Shown here: positions 39,595 to 51,200 of the stretch, piece after piece | How the letters are laid out: each line of letters opens with the position of its first letter | How positions within the stretch are numbered: position 1 is the first letter of the stretch | From: an uncultured Candidatus Poseidoniales archaeon | GTDB lineage: Archaea; Thermoplasmatota; Poseidoniia; Poseidoniales; Thalassarchaeaceae | Direction of reading: 5' to 3' | DNA: 64,000 bases | NCBI GenBank assembly: GCA_964556195.1 | Contig: CAZKVK010000001.1 | Coordinates: forward strand, 1,180-65,179 | Notes under the pieces: model-generated | The model's database searches: none | What the model saw: only the letters and a program-made list of their open reading frames with translations | What the model was told of the DNA's origin: nothing | Program-made: the position numbers and the translations under genes

Positions 39595-42500
39595 TCATTC
39601 ACTAGTATGCTCAGGATCGGGAACCCAATCTTCTTTTTCCGGATCCCAAAGCCAACCGGGGTGCTCATCACTTCTTACTAATTCTCCCGTTGATTCCACT
39701 GTTGCTGATTCATCGGCTTCGTCATCTTCATCTTCTTCGAATGAGATTACTCCACTAAAGAAAAGTGTGGCGCACAGTAATGCGATTATAACCGCAACAA
39801 TCGCAACAATCATCACAGGACTGATTCCACCATCGCTAGATGGAGGTGAAATCTCATCTCCCTGAATTGATTCGGAGCCGCTAATGGAAAATACTGGAGA
39901 AACTGGCTTACTTACCATGGCTCCAGGAATGCCAAGTTCCCATGTAGAATCCTCAAGTACTACTGTAGAATTGACCTGAATCCCACCCAATGTAACCCTA
40001 ACGGTCTTTCCGGGTAAGCCAGAACCACTGAAGGTGATTAACTCATCATCACTGGCAGTGGTTTGATCAGGTGGACCAACATAGAATTCGATTGGAACAA
40101 CATTGAAAGAAACGGGTGTTGAAATCTCCTTTGAACCAAAGGGGTCGGTGGCAAGGAAAATCACATTACTTAGTGACCAAGTATCCATGTCTTCGTTGTA
40201 GAATCCCATCGACTTCGGGTCGTAGAATGCGACACCATCAATACCTATGTTAATTACTAATCCAAACTCATCATCTGATGATCTGGCAGGATCATCGTAA
40301 ACAGACAGAATAAGGGAATTTACCCCATCTACGTCATCGAAGAATTCTAGTAAATCAATTTCGATAGTTGTGCAAGGGTTCTGTGAAGTTGTATCGAATT
40401 CGCAGTATAGAGTAATCTCACTTTGCCAATTCGTTCCATCAAAGGTTGGTCTACTATTGTCTGCATCGGGTGGATTATCTGCAACGACCTGAACTTCCAT
40501 CCAATCGCTGTACTCATAACCATCATAGGACCTTGCTTTGATGAGATATTGCATATTATGAGTCAACAATCTAGAGTCCCATTCCATCTCCCAATAACCA
40601 TTAGACTCGATTTCTGTGACGGCTCCTGAAAAGACATTGATATATCCATTTGAGACGTCAATAACCTCAACATCAACACGAGTTATTTCTCCATCATTAT
40701 CTCGAGCTACCCCGCTAATTATTGATTTCTCATCAACTGCATATATCTGACCGCTTTGAGGAGAAGTTAGACTGACAAATGGGCGAGAGTTTTGGTTGTC
40801 GATTTGCAAGTCTATCACCACTACTTCGCACTCATCAATATATCCCTTGCAGAAGTCGGAATCTGAGGCCCATATTGTGAATGTGTAGGTGGCTAATTCA
40901 CGTGGAAGCCCGCTGAAATCCCACGTCCAAGACCATTCCGTGCCACCTTCTGTAGAAGTTATGACATTGTAGTTTGGGCCTTCTATTTTGAAATAGATTT
41001 GGTCAATATCGGTTCCACAGTCGAAAGGACATCCGTAGGGGTCATGTGCACTTCCTTCGAATGTTACAGTACCATCAGAGTGAGTTGATTGTGTACTCGG
41101 AGAAGTAACAGAGATTGTTGGAGCCTCGGTATTGACCTTAATTGATCTAGTTAGGATTGGGGAATACTCGAGACCATCAAAGGCCCTGAATTCGAAAGTA
41201 TAGTCTCCTTCCTGCCGTCCTGACATATCATATTCGTAATACCAACTACTGAATGGGTGATTATTTCGAGACACATATCCTGGTTCTGCTCCACTTGAGT
41301 CTATGGCGTATCCAGTAGCACTCCAATCACTGGTAAATGGGTCTTTGATTTCTACAGCATGGACAAATCCTTTCTGATCCCATTGGGCTAACTCGTCTGT
41401 TTCGTAAATTCCGGCCCATGTACCATCATAAGCGGAACCGGTTAGATTGACCACTCTTCTGAAAGAATCCCCGTCATTTTGAATTACAGATACACTAGGT
41501 GGATCATTATCTAAGAAAAGAGTGTCTTGGTATGTCGTATCTGAAAGAGTGAACTCTCCGCTATCAATACCATATCCAAAGCGATATGCAGTGTATCTGT
41601 AGAGAGATAATTCTCTAGTTCCGGCAGAATAATCGCAGTCAGGGTCATCTGTATCGAGTAGTAAGTCTCCGTCATTATCCTCTCCATCGGAACAGGAATC
41701 TTCGTATTCATCATCAGCGAAACCATCAGGATTATCGCCTCCGGCTAAGCCTCTGAAATCAAGGTGGAAATTAGAGGCAAGAGAGAACCACGGTGTGTAT
41801 CCATCCGAGTCTGTCTCAAGGCTATAGAGGTCATTTCCAAGTGCATCTTCAATCAACACATTTGCATTTTCAACTCGTTGTCCATTGACGAGAGTTTGGA
41901 ATCTTACCAGTTCAGCCCTTTGTACCTGAACTGCATATTTGGTAGGTTGGGTTTCGATTTTTACCTTGGATAAATCCAAGTTTGAAAGATTAGAGAAGGT
42001 GAAAATAGTGGAGTTATTGTCCATATTTAGTGCTAGAGGGAAATTGTATGGAGTGAAGTCATCACAGGTAGCACAAGCCCTTACCTCGTGTGGTATGACT
42101 CCATTTTGCCAGCCATTCTGAACCCAGGCTTCTTGATCTGCCCATCTAAGCAAAACAGGATGTTCATCCGGTGGAGGGCTTGGGATATATTCCGATTGAA
42201 CGGTTACTGAAGACTTGGAGACGTTGTAAGTCACACTTACTCCATTCCATTCGTTATTGCTGAAGAATGCCAATGTTCCATATTGCTGTGAATCTGCAAA
42301 TCCACTATCATAATGTTGCAATATTGCACCGGTTCCTTGAACATTGAAGACATTTCTTCTAACATCTAGTAGAGCTCCTGTGGCCCTAATTCCATCCGCA
42401 TTTCCGCCTGCATTAATTTCGTTGTCTACAATTGTAGCTCCTGACCTGTGAGCCATGATGGCAGGGCAAGTGAAAGAACCACCCCACCACTTTTGGGAGG

Positions 42501-43830
42501 AGCATTCTCCACCTCCTGTTGATATCGAATTGTTAGCTAAGTAGAGTCGTGCGGGTGTAGGTGATGGGGCTTGAGTTCCATATTCGCCGGCAAGAATTGG
42601 TTCTCTAGCGGTTTCTGAAATCGTATTGTTTTCAGCGATTACATCAAAGCTTCCCAATAGCCAAAGACCGTTCCAACCACCAATTGGTCCAATCTCATTA
42701 TTGTGTATTTCAGCCTTGGAAGAATACACTGCAATTCCAGATCCTTCCGCTGCTCCTGCTAAGTTATTGTTGTGAATTCGAACATTCGCGCCAGAGTATG
42801 CGGTGATTGGAGTTCGTTCAGCTGTTGTGATGATATTATCTGCTATTTCTACATCGTACTCAGTATTGCCAATTGCCTTCAAGCTGTTGACATCGATACC
42901 ATTGCAGGTGACTGAAATAGTGGAATTAGTCACCTTACCAGCCGAGTTCCTGATACTTATTCCAAAATCCCCCCCAGTAACTTGGGAGTTTTGGACTCGA
43001 ATAAAGGTCTGAGATGCCCAAATAGCAGACCTACCTCCATCTCTATTTCCACAGCCCTTGTTGGTTGATTGGAAGCTTGCATCTTGGAAAATCATAGGAG
43101 AAATTGGAGTTCCGCCGCCATAAATTTGCACCGCTTGGCCAGTGACCCCACTCTCATCATCATTACCAGCAACATACTCTCCACCGATGAAAGTGGGTTG
43201 TGCCAAATTCGCTGCTAATACACTAGTTGTGTTGATATCTTCAAATCTCATATCTCGAAGAGTAGGGCTTGCTCCGTCTAGGATTAGTGCACCATATCGA
43301 TATTCGTACTCCAGCTGAATATAGAAGGGAATGCCCCATGCTCCATCAAAATGCATACTTCTCATGCCCGATTGTGACAAGTCCATTGTGTCGCGAAGAA
43401 TTATTCCTTCTCCACATGATGGATCTTCAATCCATATTTGTGAACTTCCAGACCCCAATCCATAGCATTCTCCAGTCGCATTTGGTACCGCAGGGTCTGA
43501 CCATGTAAGGGTAATCGGGTTTCCTGAAGCGGCATTGCCATTAGAACCACAGGAAGCGACTCCAGCACAGAGGTTGCCTCTAACATCGAGCATTGTACCA
43601 TTTGGAAATGAAATGTCAGTTCCGGGGTTGATAATTAGTTTAGCACCAGCGGCGATGGTAACGTCTCCAGTAAGTTGGTGTGTTCCACTCCATGTCTCAA
43701 TCCCAGTAATCGTTCCACTGGTAGTTTCATTATTCGCAGAGACTGGTATAGCGGGACCCACTAAAGCCAACATAGTGCTAGTCATCATTAGGAATACTAG
43801 GAACTGGCTTCTTGCTCGGGCACTCATCAT
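39595..43830 (-). CDS. Large surface protein with right-handed beta-helix and Ig-like domains
   Basis: Signal peptide; I.NN.I parallel beta-helix repeats; CSDGEDNDGDLLLDTDDPDC motif; Ig-like repeats; C-terminal TM helix and EHPGWLWD tail. Confidence 0.85.
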   Translation of the reverse strand: MMSARARSQFLVFLMMTSTMLALVGPAIPVSANNETTSGTITGIETWSGTHQLTGDVTIAAGAKLIINPGTDISFPNGTMLDVRGNLCAGVASCGSNGNAASGNPITLTWSDPAVPNATGECYGLGSGSSQIWIEDPSCGEGIILRDTMDLSQSGMRSMHFDGAWGIPFYIQLEYEYRYGALILDGASPTLRDMRFEDINTTSVLAANLAQPTFIGGEYVAGNDDESGVTGQAVQIYGGGTPISPMIFQDASFQSTNKGCGNRDGGRSAIWASQTFIRVQNSQVTGGDFGISIRNSAGKVTNSTISVTCNGIDVNSLKAIGNTEYDVEIADNIITTAERTPITAYSGANVRIHNNNLAGAAEGSGIAVYSSKAEIHNNEIGPIGGWNGLWLLGSFDVIAENNTISETAREPILAGEYGTQAPSPTPARLYLANNSISTGGGECSSQKWWGGSFTCPAIMAHRSGATIVDNEINAGGNADGIRATGALLDVRRNVFNVQGTGAILQHYDSGFADSQQYGTLAFFSNNEWNGVSVTYNVSKSSVTVQSEYIPSPPPDEHPVLLRWADQEAWVQNGWQNGVIPHEVRACATCDDFTPYNFPLALNMDNNSTIFTFSNLSNLDLSKVKIETQPTKYAVQVQRAELVRFQTLVNGQRVENANVLIEDALGNDLYSLETDSDGYTPWFSLASNFHLDFRGLAGGDNPDGFADDEYEDSCSDGEDNDGDLLLDTDDPDCDYSAGTRELSLYRYTAYRFGYGIDSGEFTLSDTTYQDTLFLDNDPPSVSVIQNDGDSFRRVVNLTGSAYDGTWAGIYETDELAQWDQKGFVHAVEIKDPFTSDWSATGYAIDSSGAEPGYVSRNNHPFSSWYYEYDMSGRQEGDYTFEFRAFDGLEYSPILTRSIKVNTEAPTISVTSPSTQSTHSDGTVTFEGSAHDPYGCPFDCGTDIDQIYFKIEGPNYNVITSTEGGTEWSWTWDFSGLPRELATYTFTIWASDSDFCKGYIDECEVVVIDLQIDNQNSRPFVSLTSPQSGQIYAVDEKSIISGVARDNDGEITRVDVEVIDVSNGYINVFSGAVTEIESNGYWEMEWDSRLLTHNMQYLIKARSYDGYEYSDWMEVQVVADNPPDADNSRPTFDGTNWQSEITLYCEFDTTSQNPCTTIEIDLLEFFDDVDGVNSLILSVYDDPARSSDDEFGLVINIGIDGVAFYDPKSMGFYNEDMDTWSLSNVIFLATDPFGSKEISTPVSFNVVPIEFYVGPPDQTTASDDELITFSGSGLPGKTVRVTLGGIQVNSTVVLEDSTWELGIPGAMVSKPVSPVFSISGSESIQGDEISPPSSDGGISPVMIVAIVAVIIALLCATLFFSGVISFEEDEDDEADESATVESTGELVRSDEHPGWLWDPEKEDWVPDPEHTSE

Positions 43831-43881
43831 ATGTCTGGGGCATCTCGAACTGATTTAATCATAGGGCTTACAGGATTCTAA

Positions 43882-43896
43882 CTAGCCGTAGGCTAG
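43882..43896. repeat. Inverted repeat CTAGCC-GTA-GGCTAG
   Basis: 6-bp stem, GTA loop, intergenic. Confidence 0.8.
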
Positions 43897-43924
43897 ATTC
43901 AACAATTGTGGACATGATTTGATG

Positions 43925-45163
43925 TTAATTGTTCAAATTAAATTCAACTAAAATTTCTTCTAACCAAGCAACTGCATTCAATTCGCCGTAGCCTGATTTG
44001 TTCGAATGAATTGCATCAATTTGTTGCCCCTTTAGTGATGAATTTGCAAGAGCGCTCTTCACCTTAGTCATCTCCTCATCGTCGAATTTTCCATCTTCAC
44101 CTTGCATTTCATTTCCGTGAATTTGTAGAATTAATGCTAGAGCTCCGACTACAATAACCGTGGAGTCAGAGGTTCCGGTTGAATAGGCGTAAGGTGGTGT
44201 GATGTCCGTTGAGGCAGTTGAGAACATTCTAACACCAGGTGCTATAACTTCCGGCTTTTGATGAGGGAAAATCCTTTCTTCATTGTAATACGGGTCTAGC
44301 GCCGATCCTACAGAACTATTTGCCCAAATACGACCGTCGCTTGTTGAGGCTCCAACGGCGATTACCCTCGGAATATTTGCTGGAATTGATACGTCATTTA
44401 TGTTCGTCTTTTGCCCATTATTTCCGGCTGCTGCGACTACAAATATTCCTGCATCAAGCGCCTCATTTACGGCCTCGACGGTTTCGGATTGGAGGTTACT
44501 CATTCCACTTCCAGGTTCACCTCCCAAACTTAGACTAATGATATCAACGTCCTGAGAGATTCTACACCAACGGATTGCCAAAGCGACTCTATCTGACTGT
44601 CCTGCTTCTCCTTCTGGACCAAGAGCTAACGCTACCGAGAGCGAAACACTTGGAGCCGCTCCAACATAGGTGCCATTTGCAAATAATAAACCAGCCATCA
44701 ACGTTCCATGAAAATCTTCTCCAATATCTCGGATATTGTCGTTATCTCCAGCATAAAAATCTCGGAAACCAACTAAATTACCATTATCAAAATCTGGATG
44801 AGAGATATCAATTCCAGTGTCAACTATGCAAACATGCACTCCGTCGCCATAGTATCCCTGAGTTTGTAACTCCCTGATTCCTGAAGACTCATAGGCCCAT
44901 TCGGAATCGGGTAGATAGGATATCAATAATGGTTGAATAGATGACCAAGTCATCAACAATAGCACTGTACCGACTGCAAAACTGGCAGCACCCCATGGCC
45001 ATAGAAACTCCTTCATTGGCCCTAATGGCCAACGAAGCTCTCGCGCTTCTTGATCTGTCAAGCCATAATCAGAACCGGAATACCCAGGTGCTTCTGGGTC
45101 GACAGCGGTTAGCAACCGACTATCTTCGGGTTCAGGCATTAGCTCAAGATCTTCAAGAGTCAT
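43925..45163 (-). CDS. N-terminally membrane-anchored S8 serine peptidase
   Basis: IVDTGID, FHGTLMAG, AAAGN, TGTSDS; one TM helix before the catalytic domain. Confidence 0.9.
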   Translation of the reverse strand: MTLEDLELMPEPEDSRLLTAVDPEAPGYSGSDYGLTDQEARELRWPLGPMKEFLWPWGAASFAVGTVLLLMTWSSIQPLLISYLPDSEWAYESSGIRELQTQGYYGDGVHVCIVDTGIDISHPDFDNGNLVGFRDFYAGDNDNIRDIGEDFHGTLMAGLLFANGTYVGAAPSVSLSVALALGPEGEAGQSDRVALAIRWCRISQDVDIISLSLGGEPGSGMSNLQSETVEAVNEALDAGIFVVAAAGNNGQKTNINDVSIPANIPRVIAVGASTSDGRIWANSSVGSALDPYYNEERIFPHQKPEVIAPGVRMFSTASTDITPPYAYSTGTSDSTVIVVGALALILQIHGNEMQGEDGKFDDEEMTKVKSALANSSLKGQQIDAIHSNKSGYGELNAVAWLEEILVEFNLNN

Positions 45164-45246
45164 TCACCAATCACTAACTCATTCTGTTCAGTTTTCACCT
45201 ATGAGGTCTTGTCTTGAACAAGGCTGTAAAAGGAGTCTTGGTTACG

Positions 45247-48200
45247 TCAGAATGGCGCACCGGGCCTTCTAGATCCGGATCTTGTAAAGTACCATAACAC
45301 GAACACTAGAATAATTGCTAGAATTATACCAATTACAGTGGTTGGTGTAGAATCATCTACTGCTGGAGACTTGAGTGTGTATCTCTTGCTTAGTGTTTCA
45401 GGCTCTTCACCGAATTCTTGGTCTTCACTTGCAATTTCAAAGTCAAACCATTTCTGTGAAGACGACTCAAAGTCTGTCAAATCTATGTCAAGAAGGTAGG
45501 TTACAGAATCGCCGGATAACACATCTTGAGTGACACTGGAATTTACATCGGTTCCACGTACTGTTCCCACCAATTTGACCTTCTCAGCATCGACTAATCC
45601 AGTATTTTCAACAACTACAGTAAATGTGTGAATTGTTCCAAACAGCGGATCGCCATTTGAGTACACATTGGTAATCTCAATTATTGGTAGGGAAGTTTTC
45701 ACTCTAATTGCTATTGGAGGGTAGGTACCATTGTTCTTGTCAGTAACCGAGATAGTGATAGTGAAATCCTCATTTCCTGTTGCATTCTCAGGTGCGATTA
45801 CCTTGATTGTGTGGGTTGTATCAACGAATGCGCCCAAAGTGTGCGATGTGGCTCCTGTTCGTTCCCAGTCAGGAGGGAGTTGAGTATCATCAAATTCAAA
45901 TTCAAATCTCTCATCACCATTTCCACTATTTGAGAATAATAACTGAATAGGCAACTCTTCACCTGGCCTAACTCCGTAAACATCCAACAAAGGCTCTCTT
46001 AGTTCGAAATTGTGGAACTGTGGAATTCTAACAATTACCTCCTGTTCAAACTGATAGCCGTCTGCAGAAGTGAACCGGATATCTACTGTGTGACCATTAG
46101 TAAGAGATTGAGATATCGATTGATTGGCTGGAGTAACTCGGAGTAACAGGTTATCGTAGGTTGTGCTGTTGTTGCTGTCCAAACCAAATTCAAAGGTGAA
46201 AGGGTTAGTCCAATTTTCAATTGACGGATCCCATGCTTCAACCATCCAATATTGACCATCAGTACCTGCAACATTTCCTGATACGGTGTAACTTGAAACC
46301 GTCTCATGACCTAGATAATCAAGAGACATAGTGAATTCGATTGATTCGTATTCCCCCTCATCACCAAGTGTGGTTTGGACATCGAAATATTCACCTTCTT
46401 CGATTAGTACTCCGCCAGTGACGCCTACTATCGTTGCGTTGATTGTGTGGTTGGAAGTTCGGTCAAACAATAAGTCCTGAGTTACCGAGGCGGTTAGATC
46501 GGTTCCAGAACCTGGAACACTAATTGACTTAGTAGCTGTATATTCCATTACACGGCCCATCTGGTCGACGGAGAAGCCGGCTTCGACTTCGATCATGCCA
46601 CTTGGCATTAGAATTGAAATGTCGCCATCTTGGGTCAATATAGCATCCCATCGGACACCTGCTCCGGAGGACAGGGTGAATTCCACTTCGTCGATGATTT
46701 CCGAGCCCTCTAGGTCGATCTCAGAAGCATGATGCTGCGTTCCATTAAAGTCAAGCCATTGAGTTGAAAGATGTAGCCATCCACCATATACTAGATTGAT
46801 GTCTACATTTCCACCATCGCTAATGTCTGCCTCAATGCTTGCCATTCCAACAAGATTTGATTCTTCCAATGTCGCTCGTATAATCCAACGACCTGGTTCG
46901 ACAGAAGCGTTCCATTGACCGTTCCATACTCCATCTTCGTAGACCTTGTCAGGCACTACGTGCTCGCGTACCATACCATGTGTAGGAATCAAAATTAAAT
47001 CCACTTCTTCGCCGATACTGGCTAAATCAGAGTAGCTCACATTTCCAAAGATATTCACATATCCGGCTGTCAATTCTATTTCTACAGAGTTCGGATTGTA
47101 CATTGCTATGTTTTCATCTTCTTGCTCAAATCCTTCCCTAAAGGTCGAAACTTGCCAAGTTGTATCTGAAGGTACGAATACACTCCAATCACCAACAGAG
47201 TTAGTTACCTGAGTAATGTTATCTTGACCTTCACTGGTCAAGAAAATTTCCACATCTGGCACACCCTCTCCAACATCTGCGTCATCGTCATCATCTTGGT
47301 CCCAGAATATCGTTCCAGATAACTCATAGTGGGTTGATGAGATAATATCGATTAATTCATTCTCACCCGCAACGAGGCCCCCATCAACCAATTCAACCGA
47401 CTCAATGATGTATCGAGTCCTATCATCCGTCTGGTTAAGTTCAACATTCCATGAACCCGAAGTTATGGTTCCAGAGGTTTGGCCGGAACCATCGGTCATG
47501 TCAAGATATACCATCCCTAATCCATCATTAGAAGTTAATATCAATTCCATATCTTGCAGATAAACTCCATCTTCATCAGAAATTCTAACCGAGAATGATG
47601 CGAGTTCACTAGTTGAGATTGTATGTGCATCGTTAGCGTTTTGTTCGGAGACTGAGATCGTGGTTCGGACACCTTCGAAAACTCCGGTATCTGTTTGTAC
47701 AGAATCAATTACAACAATCCATTCTCCATCCGGTAAGTGGTCGATTAGTGTTCCATTCATGTCGGTCTTACGAGTGATTATTTCGCCACTATTTTCTGTA
47801 TCAATAAATCTAATCAACTGATCAACAAGTGGTCCGCCGCTTTCGTTAGTAAATGTCAGATCAACCTTCCATTCTGGGTCGAAGCCAATGCTTCTACTAA
47901 CTACTTCACCGCCGAAGCCAACCTCAAAGTAGGAGTCTCCAGTCATTATTCTAGTTCCGAAAAGGTCTCCTGCACGAGCGTCTGAAATTTCTACGTCAAT
48001 ACGATATGAGCCTGCCTCAACTGGCACCCTTGCGAAGCCATCTGAGATCCACTCGTCAGCATCTGCTTGTACATCTGTTGTCAATCCAGCAGTATTCTCC
48101 AAAGGAACAATAGAGAACCTATATTCTACGGACGTTCCATTAGTGACATCGTTATTTCCGTTATTATCGAGGAAGAAATCTATCTCGACAAATGAAGGGT

Positions 48201-51200
48201 CTGGGTAAAGGTACACCTCTACTGTGTCATTCTCACCATCTACCAGAAGAGTAGCTTCACTTGCATTCAGCCAATCTAAATCAGTAGTAAATGTCCAGTT
48301 ACCATGAGGTAGTATCGTGTTAAAAGAGCCTATTTGAGTGGCTTCTATATGCCAAACAGCATCCATGTCTTCATTCATTGCGAATACGGTAACTGGTTCC
48401 CAACCCTTTAGATTGGAAGTGTAGTAATTACCTAATCTATTGAGGTTTAGATTACCATTAACATCGTGTCCTGGACGGGCGATCATTGTGACATTGTCCA
48501 TTCCCTCCTCAACTGTGAATCGGGTGCCGTTGACAACATTGAGAACGTTACCAAAGACTGCAGCGTCAACAACGGAGCCGATTGGTAAAACGACATTGAA
48601 TACACCATTTGCGTCGGTTGTTTCGGTTGTTGTGAAATTCTCCCAGTGGAAAATTACCTGAGTAAAGTCGACAACCTCTGCCTGAATTGTTGAATCAGAT
48701 ACTTCCGAATTAGTTTCGTAAAAGACGGTTCCAACTACATTCATTGATTCTCTAAAGATGAAGGAGGTGGAAATGTCAGATTGAACATCAATTTGCTCCC
48801 ATAGTTGTTCGGAATCACTCAAGGTATGGCTTAGTATCCACTCACCTTGTGATAATTCAACTAAGTATTCACCCGTGTCATTATCGAATACAGCAAGTGC
48901 TGGGGCTGCCGAATTGTCAGCCCTAACCAAAGTCAAGTTTAGATTCTCCACGGGGGTTTGGGTTCCATTGGCAATTTGAGTTAATGAGAATCTCAAATCG
49001 TATACGGTAGGTATAGGATTAGGGAAGTCTACTTCCGAGTCCATATCTGCTTCAAATTCATGAGTTAGTTCTACCTCATTGAACCCGTCTTCATCCATGT
49101 CTAACTCAAAGATGTACTCTCCTGGAACAATCGGCCCGAACGTAAAGGAGCCGTTCTCATCGGCTGTTAATTGGCAAGGAGCATACATTACTTCACTGCA
49201 TTCCCCTAGAATGGTATCGTTTTCAGAATCAACTTGAATCATTGTCACGGAGCCTGACAAAGGATTGCCATCTACATCGCTTAATGTTCCAGAAATTAAT
49301 CCGCCTGCTACATCGATCGGATGGAGCGAAGGAACACCTTGGAACGGCACATTGAATCCATCACTAATTGCAATTCTAGTACCATCATTGAATATAACTG
49401 CTACATTGTAATTCCCAGGTATTGCATCGACTAGGTGGAAGGTTCCAGCTTGAACCATAGGGCCACTAAATTCACCCTCACCGGTGAATGTACCGGTTCC
49501 ATTTAGAGTACCGTAGGAATCTAGATTTTCATTACTGGCATCTACTGTGAAAACACCTGCTCCTGTTAGAGATGAACCATTATGTTCTTGCGAGAATGAA
49601 GATGTTCCATTGGATGTAAATCTACCAGTTGCATTAATTGCGCCCTCAATCAGGAAGTCACCATTTGCAAGGAAACAAACCGAGAAGTTCTCCGGCATTG
49701 TGCCATTTTCATTACAATCACCGTCGACAGTGTCGTCTCCATCAATCACTCCTGAAAGAGTTCCTCGACCTGAAAATTCACCTGATCCCGCTAGGCTATG
49801 GCCGTTCAGAATCATCTGAGTGTGTGTACCGACGAAATCGGTTACTATCATCAGGCCATTGCTGATGACCTCTCCTTCACCAGTAAAGGTCACTTGACCG
49901 ATTCCTTGGAAAGATAGGTCTGGGCCGTTGACACTTCCAGTAGATGTCTCTAGCATAATCGGTTGCATCTGAATTTCATCCCAAACAGGAGTCAATTCGA
50001 CAACAGCATCGGTAATTGCTTGACCGTCAAATGAATCTGCACCATTCCAAATTAATCGGCCGGTGGAGAATGATGGTTCTACGATAATATCCGCATTAAT
50101 CTCAATCTGACCATTGGAATGTCCTGCTTCACCGGAGACGTTTACGATGGTCTCGGATAGCCATTGGGACCCAGACACATTACCCAGTATACCCGTGATT
50201 AAGTTGACATTTCTTACTCCAGTAGTTGATTCGGTGGCTACGTCTTGTAACATACCGCCAGAACCACTGGCTAACTCATCACGAGCAGCTCTGATATCGG
50301 GTTCACCAAAGAAGGCTGAAACTCTAATCTTACCTGCTGGAACGGTGAATGAATAATCTCCGTTTTCATCGGCGTCTACCGTCCCTATTGGAACCCAGTA
50401 AGTTCTAGGATCTTGATCGGTGACGGTTCCGTTCTCATCGGCAACCTCTTCACCACTGAAAGCATCTCTTTCAATCAATATTCTAGCATTTGGAACAGGT
50501 CCTATTCCATCCAATTCAACAGTACCTTCTAGGGTTGCTCCGCTGTAATATTTGACGACCTTGACATTGGAATTTGCTCGACCAATTGCAGCATAGCCCC
50601 CATCGAAAATATCTGGTACACTGTTATTATCCTCATCAGGCGAATCGGAACCGTCATTGTACCAATTAGCTATGACGAAGTGATTCATCATCGCACCAGG
50701 AAGAGGGAAAGCATTCTCTAGTGGGGAACCTGGAGTTCCACTGATGGCCCATGTTGGTCCAGGTTGAGATGGATTAACCATTAGGCCCAAACTTGATGTT
50801 CCGTATCCAACGTAAATTCTAGCAACCATAGTTTCAAAGAAAGATTCTGTTTGTTGATATTGGATATCTACAAGTTGAATCATATCTGAAGAGTCTTCCA
50901 TCGCTCCAGATTGCTGCTTTACAACGTCAGACATATACTCCTGCTCATAGCGCTCAGCACTCATGAAGACAGTAGGGCGGTCCCCGCGCTGAGTTTCGTA
51001 AACCGATTCAATGTAATGATTCGGGTCCAGTCCAGAAAGGGTAGTTGGAGCGTAGAAAATTCCAGTGGTTTGACCTCGATGATAGCTTTGGTCAGCGTAA
51101 TATGCACCACCGAGAGGATACAACCTATCGTCTATTGCGAAGTAGCGAATCTCGTTGTTTCGTTCGATAGTTTCTCCCAAACTACCTCCGTAATCCTGAA

